Shown in pieces: positions 47,067 through 55,594 of a DNA stretch of 64,000 bases. Position 1 is the first letter of the stretch. Each line of letters opens with the position of its first letter. Location: IMG/VR virus record IMGVR_UViG_3300032132_000748; one strand, given 5' to 3'. This DNA comes from a virus. Taxonomy: Duplodnaviria; Caudoviricetes. The notes beneath the pieces are model-generated. The model saw nothing but the letters and a program-made list of their open reading frames with translations, was not told the origin of the DNA and ran no database searches. The translations under genes and the position numbers were made by a program.

Positions 47067-47231
47067 TTAATTGCCCCAGACAGAATTGTCCCATCCAGTT
47101 TGATCCCATTTAGCTACGTCTAATCCTTTAGGATCAGTAGGTGCTGATGGGCGTCGCTTTCTATCACCACAACCGGGTAGAAAGAGGCAAATAGTTGTTA
47201 AAAGCACACAGCTACGTAAAAAGTTCTTCAT
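47067..47231 (-). CDS. Small lipoprotein (54 aa, not in ORF track)
   Basis: GGAGGGAG RBS; MKNFLRSCVLLTTICLFLPGC.. ending WDQTGWDNSVWGN. Confidence 0.6.
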   Translation of the reverse strand: MKNFLRSCVLLTTICLFLPGCGDRKRRPSAPTDPKGLDVAKWDQTGWDNSVWGN

Positions 47232-47306
47232 GTAAAAATATACTCCCTCCTAAGACACTAGGGTAATAGAAAAAGACCTATCTTCAAGTTCGGGACAGCA
47301 ATTTAC

Positions 47307-47337
47307 AAAAAAAGGGTGAGTCTTTCGACCCACCCTG
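47307..47337 (-). terminator. Intrinsic terminator
   Basis: AGGGTG.GTC/GAC.CACCCT hairpin with T-run on minus strand. Confidence 0.7.
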
Positions 47338-47360
47338 CTTACTTTATATAGAAACTTATT

Positions 47361-47720
47361 TTAAGAGCGTTTTCTTAACTTCTCGGTTTTGTTAAATCCT
47401 TCTATTTTAGAATCTTTCAATAAAATAGTTAACTGCTGAAAAGGTTTACTTCTAATATGATTGATAGTTAGTATTTCATCAGGCGATAGTTTTAAAGGAA
47501 CACCTGGTTTAAGGTTTACTTTATTAATTAAACTAAAAACTAGACCGCCACCTTTTTTACGCCTATACTTTAATGTTTGATTAACAGAAGATATTACTCC
47601 ATCTTGTAGCTGTACTACAATCTCCTGGTAAGCAAATCTACGCATCATAGTGATGACATCAATTTCTTCAGGAGCAAGCTTCAAGCTTTTGAATGCTGTA
47701 GCGGTTGTTTTTCCAGTCAT
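47361..47720 (-). CDS. Tandem DUF2292/YezD-like domain protein
   Basis: Two internal repeats LKLxPxEI..Y/FQ....QDG/KDS.I....TxKxR. Confidence 0.65.
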   Translation of the reverse strand: MTGKTTATAFKSLKLAPEEIDVITMMRRFAYQEIVVQLQDGVISSVNQTLKYRRKKGGGLVFSLINKVNLKPGVPLKLSPDEILTINHIRSKPFQQLTILLKDSKIEGFNKTEKLRKRS

Positions 47721-48367
47721 TATCCTATGATACCTCTTTCGGTAAACTCAAATTGTACACCATACATCACTAAAAAGTCTCTCTTCGGACTAAGACAAAC
47801 TATAGGCTTCTCTTTTGCTTCGGGAACACCGTCTCCTCGATCTTTTGCTGTGTGGATAAAGGGGACACCGCGTCTCTCTGAATATTCAGGAACACTATAT
47901 ACAATATGATTTAGATGACCCCAGAAAACTAACCAATCTGTGTCATCAGTCTCTACTTTTTTAATTTTATCGTGCTTCACGCCGTGGAAAGCTTCATGCA
48001 AATCTACAGCTTCTTTAATATCTTCGTGCTCAGGATCAATCCAAACGTCTCCTGTTATCTTATCTCCAGAAACTATTGCAACTACTTTGCCATCACCGGA
48101 GGCGGTTACGACCGCTTTCTTTTTAGATTTTATTAATCCAAGCGAATCTATTTTTGCTTCTGCAGGGGTTTCACACTCCAGTTCTTCGAGTTCTCCGACT
48201 AATAAAAACCCTTTAGGCATATTATTAATATCGAACTCACATTGAAGTTCTTTCTTTTTACCACTAAATCGTGCTTCACCTCTAATACGGCCAGACGTAT
48301 AGGGAGACACAACTTTGTTAGATCTTTCTGCTAATGCTGGATTTTTACGTTTACGTCTTTTTCGCAC
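47720..48367 (-). CDS. Hypothetical protein with N-terminal RKRKNP
   Basis: 215 aa; basic start ending in NP; LHEAFHG. Confidence 0.7.
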   Translation of the reverse strand: MRKRRKRKNPALAERSNKVVSPYTSGRIRGEARFSGKKKELQCEFDINNMPKGFLLVGELEELECETPAEAKIDSLGLIKSKKKAVVTASGDGKVVAIVSGDKITGDVWIDPEHEDIKEAVDLHEAFHGVKHDKIKKVETDDTDWLVFWGHLNHIVYSVPEYSERRGVPFIHTAKDRGDGVPEAKEKPIVCLSPKRDFLVMYGVQFEFTERGIIG

Positions 48368-48376
48368 AGGGCCACC

Positions 48377-48592
48377 TTATCTATTAAGTAATTTGTAAGC
48401 TACTACTAGTATAAATAAAGTACCTAAAAGCCCAAATGATTTTTTAGTTTCAGTGACTCTTTTGGCCTCTTCAGAGCCAAGCTGCCACCCATCTAGAGCT
48501 GCGTGTCTAGCATGAATTCGTTGTTCCGGTTTAGCCTTCAAGCCCATACCCAGAGATAAATTATCTAAGTTTCCAAACATATTACCTCGCAT
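48377..48592 (-). CDS. Small tail-anchored protein
   Basis: MFGN, LDGWQLG, C-terminal TM. Confidence 0.6.
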   Translation of the reverse strand: MRGNMFGNLDNLSLGMGLKAKPEQRIHARHAALDGWQLGSEEAKRVTETKKSFGLLGTLFILVVAYKLLNR

Positions 48593-48938
48593 GTTTTAGC
48601 CTCTTCAGCTTTTTAGCCATCATGGCTATTTTTTTCTTTTGTTGATCTTGTTTATATAGCAATAAAGCAACACCTAATAATAGCAAAAGTATCACACCTA
48701 TAGTCAACATTTTCTTATTCTGGAGTAAACCAGAAAATTGCCCCAACCCTGCTAAGGTGTTAGGGCTTTTAAAAACATTTATAATGGGTGTTGGTGCTTG
48801 TTGCGGCACTACAGGACCCGTTCTTTGTTTTGAAACTTTATTTCCCAAGGCTTTCATTTCTTTGAGAGCCTTGATCATTTCAGGATGTTTACTTGGATCT
48901 TCTCCCCCAAACATGGGTTGAAATGGGAAATTTTTCAT
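48582..48938 (-). CDS. Tail-anchored membrane protein
   Basis: LAGLGQFSG then TM and basic tail. Confidence 0.7.
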   Translation of the reverse strand: MKNFPFQPMFGGEDPSKHPEMIKALKEMKALGNKVSKQRTGPVVPQQAPTPIINVFKSPNTLAGLGQFSGLLQNKKMLTIGVILLLLLGVALLLYKQDQQKKKIAMMAKKLKRLKHAR

Positions 48939-48943
48939 ATGTT

Positions 48944-49984
48944 TTATTTACGCTTCCTGCGGCGCTTATTTCTCTTAGCGGCAGCGGCAACTTTTTGTTT
49001 GTTCTTATACCACCAGATAACACCGACAATAGCAAGACCTGCTGCAGCAAAACCAATATACTTGGTTGCGCCACCGCCATGGAAGTCTCCTAGACCGGCA
49101 AGACCTTGACTCTTGTTGATATTTGAAAGAAGTTTTTTGCCTAAGGCCATATCCTTCTCGGCTTTAATCTGAGCTTTTTCACCCATGCCAAGCTTGGCCC
49201 CAACAGCACCTACTGCTTTATTAAGCATAGCACCAAAACCACCTGTTTTTGGAAGTGATGGGTTTATTAGCCAGCCAATGTTACTTTCTATTTCGGCACG
49301 CTGTAGATCTAAATACCGCATATTAGTTTTCTTACGTCGTTTGAGCATTTCAGTTGCGAGATTATAATAATCTTGTTTAACACTCATTGGAGTATCGTCT
49401 CCTACAACAGCTACTGCTTTTGCGAGAGCCTTAATTAATCCGGTTTCAGTATTAGATTTTGAAGCTTTGTGGAAATAGGTGTGAAAACTTTCAAGAGGTG
49501 TGTCTCCTAGACCACCATAACCGTCAAAAGCATCGTCATCATCGTCATCATCGTCGTCAATGCCTGCTTCTTTTGCAGTTCTAGAAATCATAGCAGACCC
49601 CATACCTTCGTAACCTGCGAAAGCGTCGTCCTGCGTTCCTGCGAAAGCGTCGTCTTCTATTCCGCCGAAGCTCATACCTTCAGCGCCAGCCATGTTCATG
49701 TCTGGACCTTCAATGGAGTAGCTGTTTTTCTGAGCCAGCCTAGACAACGCTTTGGTTCCTAGGTTACCACCGCTGGTTAAGGACTGTTCCATTTCTTGCA
49801 AATAATCTGCATAGGGCTCATATCCTGCGAGTCCCTGCAATCCTGCAGGAAGTCTATTACTGTTTTGTTCGGCGATACGGGCGATGTTGTTGGTGGTTTG
49901 CTTTTGCCCAGTTACAGCAGAACCAAACCCTTCACCCATTTGATATTCAGCAAAGCTGTCACTGTCTGATCTATTATAGGCCAT
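48944..49984 (-). CDS. Tail-anchored protein with many G-tags and poly-Asp
   Basis: AAGGAG RBS; MGEGFG, LAGYE, YEGMG, FDGYGGLGD, LAGLGDF; TM; basic end. Confidence 0.75.
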   Translation of the reverse strand: MAYNRSDSDSFAEYQMGEGFGSAVTGQKQTTNNIARIAEQNSNRLPAGLQGLAGYEPYADYLQEMEQSLTSGGNLGTKALSRLAQKNSYSIEGPDMNMAGAEGMSFGGIEDDAFAGTQDDAFAGYEGMGSAMISRTAKEAGIDDDDDDDDDAFDGYGGLGDTPLESFHTYFHKASKSNTETGLIKALAKAVAVVGDDTPMSVKQDYYNLATEMLKRRKKTNMRYLDLQRAEIESNIGWLINPSLPKTGGFGAMLNKAVGAVGAKLGMGEKAQIKAEKDMALGKKLLSNINKSQGLAGLGDFHGGGATKYIGFAAAGLAIVGVIWWYKNKQKVAAAAKRNKRRRKRK

Positions 49985-49986
49985 GG

Positions 49987-50712
49987 TTACTCCTTAGTTT
50001 TCCTTGATTTTATCAAATAATATATTGCGGTTGCTATTATTATACCGAAAATTAAATTTGAATGTGAGTGGCTGGAATCTTCAAAAGTTCCATCCAAGTT
50101 AAATATTTTTTTTGTTGCATACTTAGGCGCTTCCCAGCCCATTTTAGCTCCCGGAACAGAGCCATCCAAACCAATCCACTTATTGTTGATTTTAGTTTGG
50201 ATATAAATATGTGAATAATCTTCCTTGTCTTTATAGTTATTTCCAATAATGACAATTCTTACCGGGTGTCCGATGGACTGTAATAATGCTCCTGTTAGGA
50301 TGACAAAATCATCGCAGTCTGCAGCTTTATTATGTCTGCGCAATAGTTCTCTAGCGCGGTGTACTGTTTCAACTCTGTGAATATCCTTAGTATAGCGCAG
50401 TCTTCTTACGACAAAATTATAAACAGCCTTTACTTCTTTTTTATAATCCTTTTCTGGAATATATTGCGTTATTTTTTCTGCGAGAGTTCGGATAACCATA
50501 TCCTTTTTACCCTCATCAATAAGCTTTTTAATTACCTCAACAGACTCATAGGTAGCGCGGCTACTCTCAGAGAGTTTGACGTGATAAGTTTTCATATCTT
50601 CTTTGGGCAAAAACTTATCAAGCCATGATGCTATACGCGCATATTCAGCATCGTAATCATCCACGTCTGGATTGATATCGCCAATGAATCTAGGTAACTT
50701 ATTTTGAGACAT
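49987..50712 (-). CDS. Transglutaminase-like cysteine enzyme (putative maturation protease), C-terminal TM
   Basis: ADCDD (Cys), SHIY (His), WIGLD (Asp) papain-like triad order; RYTKD. Confidence 0.85.
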   Translation of the reverse strand: MSQNKLPRFIGDINPDVDDYDAEYARIASWLDKFLPKEDMKTYHVKLSESSRATYESVEVIKKLIDEGKKDMVIRTLAEKITQYIPEKDYKKEVKAVYNFVVRRLRYTKDIHRVETVHRARELLRRHNKAADCDDFVILTGALLQSIGHPVRIVIIGNNYKDKEDYSHIYIQTKINNKWIGLDGSVPGAKMGWEAPKYATKKIFNLDGTFEDSSHSHSNLIFGIIIATAIYYLIKSRKTKE

Positions 50713-50787
50713 ATAACACCAAATATTAGTATAGCAAAATATTATTGATTTGAATCAAGTTTCCACTATACGAAAATAAATCCGTGA

Positions 50788-51108
50788 TTATGGACGCTTT
50801 GGCTGTCCTCCAAGACCGCCTAGCAGGGGTCCTAAAGTTCCCAAATTGCCCATTAACTTAGTTATGATTTCAAACGACTTAACTTTTTCGTATAGATCTT
50901 TAATGCCAGTAGCTACTTGATCAAAAACCTCATTAGTTGACTTAATGGTTTCGTTAAGTGTTTCGATATTTTCGCACATCTTTGATGAAGTTTCTTCTTG
51001 TTTTTTAACTTGATCCTCTAACTTCTCTAATCTAGTTGATAGAGATTCAAATTTATTTACTAACAAGGTTACTAGCTCGTCTGAATCGTGACTCTTGGAA
51101 TCTACCAT
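50788..51108 (-). CDS. Small coiled-coil protein
   Basis: AAGGAG RBS; heptads; Gly/Leu-rich end. Confidence 0.7.
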   Translation of the reverse strand: MVDSKSHDSDELVTLLVNKFESLSTRLEKLEDQVKKQEETSSKMCENIETLNETIKSTNEVFDQVATGIKDLYEKVKSFEIITKLMGNLGTLGPLLGGLGGQPKRP

Positions 51109-51110
51109 TA

Positions 51111-53912
51111 TTATTTCTCCTTTGTGGTTGTGGTTTTCTTAGCTCTCTTACGAGGTTTTTTTGGCTCAGCCTCTACCTTAGCTTCTTTAGCTGGGGCCTT
51201 TTTCTTAGCTGCTGGCTTCTTAGCTGCTGGCTTCTTAGCCTTTGGCTTTTCCGCAGGTGCTTCGGCAACAGGCTCTGGTTCGGGCTCTTTAGTTGGTTCG
51301 ACAGCTTCCGGGTTAGCCATAACAGCAAGCATCTTATCCATCCATTCGATGGTAGGGGCTTGCATGAAGAAAGAGCAGAACTCTTCGTCAAACATTGTTT
51401 GAAGGAGAGGGAATAGTTGTCCTACAACGACTTCTGAACTTTGTCCTTCTTCTTGAAGGAAGGCAACAATAGGTACCGAAAGTCTGACTTTTGCTTCTTC
51501 AGCCGCCTGTGCTGGAGTAACTTCACCACTCTCAATCGCTAATTTTACGTATTGGAAGAAATCAGCAACCCGAGGGATCTCTTGCATAGGATCTATGCCA
51601 TAGAAATCATCTAGATTCTCTTCGTAATCATCCTCTTGAGTCTCCTCCTCATAAATCTCTTCCTCAACTTCATATTCTTCTTCCTCAACTTTTTGTTTTG
51701 GTTGGGGAACAACTGAAGGTGCTGGAGTTGCTGGTGTTGGGTTAACAACTCTTCTTTGTGCTGGTTGGGGTGGTGCGGGTATTTGCTGACGCATACCGCC
51801 CCCACCACCCATTCCTAGAATTTGTGCTAGAAGGGGTCCCCCATCAGTGAGAATCTTCTTAAGAGCACCCATCATACCGCCGGAATCATCATCATCTTCG
51901 ACTTTAAAGTTGAGATCATTTACCATATCTATCTGCAACTTACGCTGCAAATATTCCTTAATGGCGCTATCGAAGGGGTCTTCACCCTTTTTAGATTCAA
52001 GATTTGACAATTCATGCTTCATCTTAGACATCTGCATAGCAGTTCCGTGACGAATCTTTTCTAGTTCCATCTGCGCTTGCGTTTGGAGCATCTTAGATTC
52101 GCTATCACTAGTCATCTTAGCGATAGCCATTTCCATCTGTAGCTGTGATTCTCTTGTGCCGTAGTTATTGTTATAGATTTGCTCTAACAATTTATGCTCA
52201 ACACCAGTTCTTTGAGTATCCATTCCTCGCATCTTTTCATTGATTTCCATCTCTTTAAGACGCATCTCATCTTTCCACTCCATCTCTTTGCGACGCAGCT
52301 CTTCATCACGAAGTCTCATTTGTTCACGGAATTGTCGTTCTTCCTGAACCATTCTTTCACGATGTTCTCGTTCTGAACGACGAGCCTCTTCATCTCTTCT
52401 TCGTTGCTCCTCTCGCAATTTTTCTTCTCTTTCACGAGTTTCAATACGAGCCTTTTCCTCTTTTTCTCGGGATTCTCTGCGAGCTTGTTCTTCGCGAACA
52501 CGCATCTCTTCCCGCATTTTATCGTATTCTAATCGAAGACGATGTTCGGTATCGCTTGACTCTCTATGCTTTCCTTCAAGGGTTTCTCTCATCTGCGTAA
52601 GCATTGCTTGGTGTTGTTCCTGAGCCATCCTTTGTTGTTGCAAGAATCGTTCTTCCATCTTTGATTGATAGTCGAGCATTTCTCTTCTATTTAACTCTCT
52701 GTCTTTTCTTTCTTTCTCAGAGTGATCTTCTTTAGATTTATCCGTTATACGAACAAGATCCTGCATACCTTGCATAAGGCCGACCATCTCTTTATTCATA
52801 GAGCTGAATTGTCCAGCACTCGCGCTATCTCTATTACTCTTATTATCAAGCCAGTTAACAATTACCGGGGCTACCGCAGTTATAACTTCAGCATTTAAAA
52901 ATGATTCTGGTTTTTTGTTCATGCTGTTTGCCATAAGAGATATAGTGTCTGTTAGTTTTCCTAATTTTGAGTCGAGTTTATTAGTAATCTTATCTTCCAA
53001 TCCTCTCAACTCACCCTTAACCTCATCCTGCGGATCTCTTCTAAATGAAGATTGTCCATAAGGTGGGCTAAATCCGTGAGGAGGAGGGAAAGATCCCCCA
53101 CCATAAGGAGACGGGAAGGGTGATGAAAACCCGGAAGGACGTAAAGGTCTTCTGGGAGTAGGATCAAATGAATCGTCATCATCCCAACCATCGTCATCGT
53201 CATCGTCATCGCTTACTGTAGGGGCTGAAATTGCCGGTGTTGGGGCTACAGGTTCGGGCTGTGCTATTTGTATTGGGTCTTCTTCCGGCACCTCTCTAGG
53301 TATTTTAGGTAATCCAGAAATTTCGAAAGTTTTCGACTTTACATATTTTCCTGTTCCATCAACAATTCGAAGCTGGTATTTACCTCCGCCATATTTTTGG
53401 CCTACATTTTCAATAATGTCAGGAATGGTTGTTGGAAGATGGAAGGTGTCGAGGTAGCCGTTTATTTTAGTACCTTTGATCATTTGCGGTTCTAGCCGCA
53501 TTACCATTAGTTTATACTCAGTTAAACTAGAGGTATTCATCTCTTTCCATATATTGTTTAATTGTTCTGCGTGTGGGTCATCCTCACTTGCTAAAACAGA
53601 TCCCATAATCTTTTTTGTTCCTGACATACCAGTCTCCTTCGAGTTAGTTACTTTTTGTTTCGGTAATTTTGCTGTTGGTAAAGTTGCCGATGTTATTTTC
53701 TTTTTCTTAGCTGCAGTAGGGGTTAGTTTAATCCCACTGTCTACTAAATCATTAATTGATTCGTGAGTATCCTCACCTAATTTTGAGAAGTCTATTCCCA
53801 GCCCATCATCTATATCTGATAGAGAATCGAAAAAACTATCATCCATGATGTTTCCACCAGATTGGATATTCTTAGTTTTCCCTTTTGGGGCATCTAGCTC
53901 TTTTTCAGCCAT
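51111..53912 (-). CDS. 933-aa coiled-coil scaffold-like protein
   Basis: YGGGKY globular domain, poly-Asp, P/S/F-rich region, E/R/M/Q coil, PAAKK H1-like tail. Confidence 0.8.
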   Translation of the reverse strand: MAEKELDAPKGKTKNIQSGGNIMDDSFFDSLSDIDDGLGIDFSKLGEDTHESINDLVDSGIKLTPTAAKKKKITSATLPTAKLPKQKVTNSKETGMSGTKKIMGSVLASEDDPHAEQLNNIWKEMNTSSLTEYKLMVMRLEPQMIKGTKINGYLDTFHLPTTIPDIIENVGQKYGGGKYQLRIVDGTGKYVKSKTFEISGLPKIPREVPEEDPIQIAQPEPVAPTPAISAPTVSDDDDDDDGWDDDDSFDPTPRRPLRPSGFSSPFPSPYGGGSFPPPHGFSPPYGQSSFRRDPQDEVKGELRGLEDKITNKLDSKLGKLTDTISLMANSMNKKPESFLNAEVITAVAPVIVNWLDNKSNRDSASAGQFSSMNKEMVGLMQGMQDLVRITDKSKEDHSEKERKDRELNRREMLDYQSKMEERFLQQQRMAQEQHQAMLTQMRETLEGKHRESSDTEHRLRLEYDKMREEMRVREEQARRESREKEEKARIETREREEKLREEQRRRDEEARRSEREHRERMVQEERQFREQMRLRDEELRRKEMEWKDEMRLKEMEINEKMRGMDTQRTGVEHKLLEQIYNNNYGTRESQLQMEMAIAKMTSDSESKMLQTQAQMELEKIRHGTAMQMSKMKHELSNLESKKGEDPFDSAIKEYLQRKLQIDMVNDLNFKVEDDDDSGGMMGALKKILTDGGPLLAQILGMGGGGGMRQQIPAPPQPAQRRVVNPTPATPAPSVVPQPKQKVEEEEYEVEEEIYEEETQEDDYEENLDDFYGIDPMQEIPRVADFFQYVKLAIESGEVTPAQAAEEAKVRLSVPIVAFLQEEGQSSEVVVGQLFPLLQTMFDEEFCSFFMQAPTIEWMDKMLAVMANPEAVEPTKEPEPEPVAEAPAEKPKAKKPAAKKPAAKKKAPAKEAKVEAEPKKPRKRAKKTTTTKEK

Positions 53913-54997
53913 TAACTTATCTCCTTACTATCTGGATCTTGCAAAAATTCTTCCGGTATAGGTATGTCATCTGGTAGTTGCCAGGTTGGTTTTGCTGCAG
54001 GTATCTCAGGGTCATTTCCCGCGTGCGGCCTTGATGTTGGATGTAGTCCAGGCATTTCTTCTTTTATCTCTGGTAAAGGAGGGCTTGGGTGCAAACCCGG
54101 CATTTCTGGGACTAATTTTGAAGCAGCTAGTATTTCCGCCAGAGGATCATCATCAGGCTTAACTTCAATTACTGGTTCGGGCTTAACTTCAATTACTGGT
54201 TCGGGCTTAACTTCAATTACTGGTGTTGGCTCGGGCTTAACTTCAATTACTGGTTCTGATCTCCAATCTCTAGTCATAGGATTTGAAACTAAAGGTTCAG
54301 GTCTAACTATTTCTGCCATCTCTTTATCTAGCGGCTTTGAAATAATTGGTAGTTCTGAAATTGGTATAGAAGGGGGATTAAGTAAATCAGAGAAATCTTT
54401 TGGAGTAGTAATAGGAGGAGCCGCTACAGATGGTTTTGTTACTGCCTCTTTAACTTCTTTAGGGGCAACTTCTGCGGGGTTAACAATAGGTCCAATTTTT
54501 TCTACAATCGGTAGTGTAAGATTATTTTCACTATTTTTATTTACGTCCTTAACAGGAGGAGTTGGAGGAACAGTTGTTTTTTGTTCAACAACCGGGGTTG
54601 TTGCGACAGCCCCCACAGCAGCACCTACCAAAGCAGGCTTCTTTGCAACAGTTACGCCTTGGCTTGCTGCTACAGATGCTGGGGTAGCTGACTCTACTTT
54701 TCTAGGGGGAGGTCCTGCGGTTGGCAGCTTTTTACGGAGCTTATCGAAAGTGGAAAGCATTCCCCCGCTAACAGCACCAACTAGTTTTTCTCGTCTCTGA
54801 TGTTGTCTTACGGGAATACCCCCACCTTCTGCAAGCATTCCAAAGGAGTCAACTGCAGACTTTAATCCGCATTGTTCATATGATTCATCCCACAAGGCAC
54901 ACGCCTCCTCAACACAATGATGCGCTCCCCCTGCTTGGGAGTTTTCCTTGTTTACGTAGAAGGAGAAGAAACTTAATGGGCAAAATTTTCGGGCCAT
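53912..54997 (-). CDS. Cys-cluster N-domain plus Pro-rich repeat protein
   Basis: CPL..HC...CALWD...QC; PVIEVKP x4; EMPGLHP x2. Confidence 0.75.
   Translation of the reverse strand: MARKFCPLSFFSFYVNKENSQAGGAHHCVEEACALWDESYEQCGLKSAVDSFGMLAEGGGIPVRQHQRREKLVGAVSGGMLSTFDKLRKKLPTAGPPPRKVESATPASVAASQGVTVAKKPALVGAAVGAVATTPVVEQKTTVPPTPPVKDVNKNSENNLTLPIVEKIGPIVNPAEVAPKEVKEAVTKPSVAAPPITTPKDFSDLLNPPSIPISELPIISKPLDKEMAEIVRPEPLVSNPMTRDWRSEPVIEVKPEPTPVIEVKPEPVIEVKPEPVIEVKPDDDPLAEILAASKLVPEMPGLHPSPPLPEIKEEMPGLHPTSRPHAGNDPEIPAAKPTWQLPDDIPIPEEFLQDPDSKEIS
54156..54256. repeat. 24-bp coding tandem repeat, four copies
   Basis: GGCTTAACTTCAATTACTGGT at 54156, 54180, 54204, 54234. Confidence 0.9.
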
Positions 54998-55202
54998 AAT
55001 TACACTTTCTTACAAAGTAAGTAATTTTAGGCTTTTATGGAAGCCCTGGACACCAAAAAAAGGTAAAAGTACAGAGAGTAATTTATAGTGGATATTGACG
55101 TGTCATGTTGACTGGTTTTTTTGTGCCCTTTTTCTGGACTTTTTTAGTCAAATTAGGTTCAAAACCCTCATTATATTTACGGCAATTAAATCAGCCTACG
55201 GG

Positions 55203-55320
55203 TTGACACACAAGCTTTCCGTGATATACTAGACGGGTCAGCAGGGAAAGACCGTTGACAAAATAAACTTGGCTGCTACTTTAAAAACTTGGTGCCCTTA
55301 GTGGGACGACCAGGTATAAT
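55203..55320 (+). promoter_or_regulatory. Cluster of sigma70-type promoters at divergent junction
   Basis: TTGACA-16-TATACT with TG extension (55203-55230), second TTGACA at 55255, GGTATAAT at 55313. Confidence 0.6.
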
Positions 55321-55322
55321 AG

Positions 55323-55592
55323 TTGATGGGGATCATCATGAGCGAAGTGGCGACTGTTAAGACAGGTATTTTTTCAACTTTTGAGGAATTGGAGGGGCCT
55401 GTTGATGTAAAAATCACGGAACCTGTAGTAGAATCGGCTGATTCTAGTGAAACCCCTCAAACTGATAAAGACAAATTAGAGAACATCCTAGCATTACTTG
55501 ATGAGGCAAGATTGAATCTGAAAGACACAAGTGGTCAAGGATTTCTATTTAACGCTCAACATCAAATAATTGCGTATCTTAATACGAGATAA
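55323..55592 (+). CDS. Hypothetical protein
   Basis: First ORF after promoter cluster; start uncertain (ATG 55326 or 55338). Confidence 0.6.
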   Translation: MMGIIMSEVATVKTGIFSTFEELEGPVDVKITEPVVESADSSETPQTDKDKLENILALLDEARLNLKDTSGQGFLFNAQHQIIAYLNTR

Positions 55593-55594
55593 CA

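Noticed and set aside
54156-54256. CRISPR-like repeats
   Set aside because: Units are contiguous in-frame coding repeats (PVIEVKP) without spacers; no cas genes.
53964-54800. 278-aa plus-strand ORF and similar antisense ORFs (e.g. 2973, 21184, 30693-32627, 35264-36691, 45609, 51036-51416)
   Set aside because: Shadows of low-complexity or well-supported genes on the opposite strand, without RBS or motifs.
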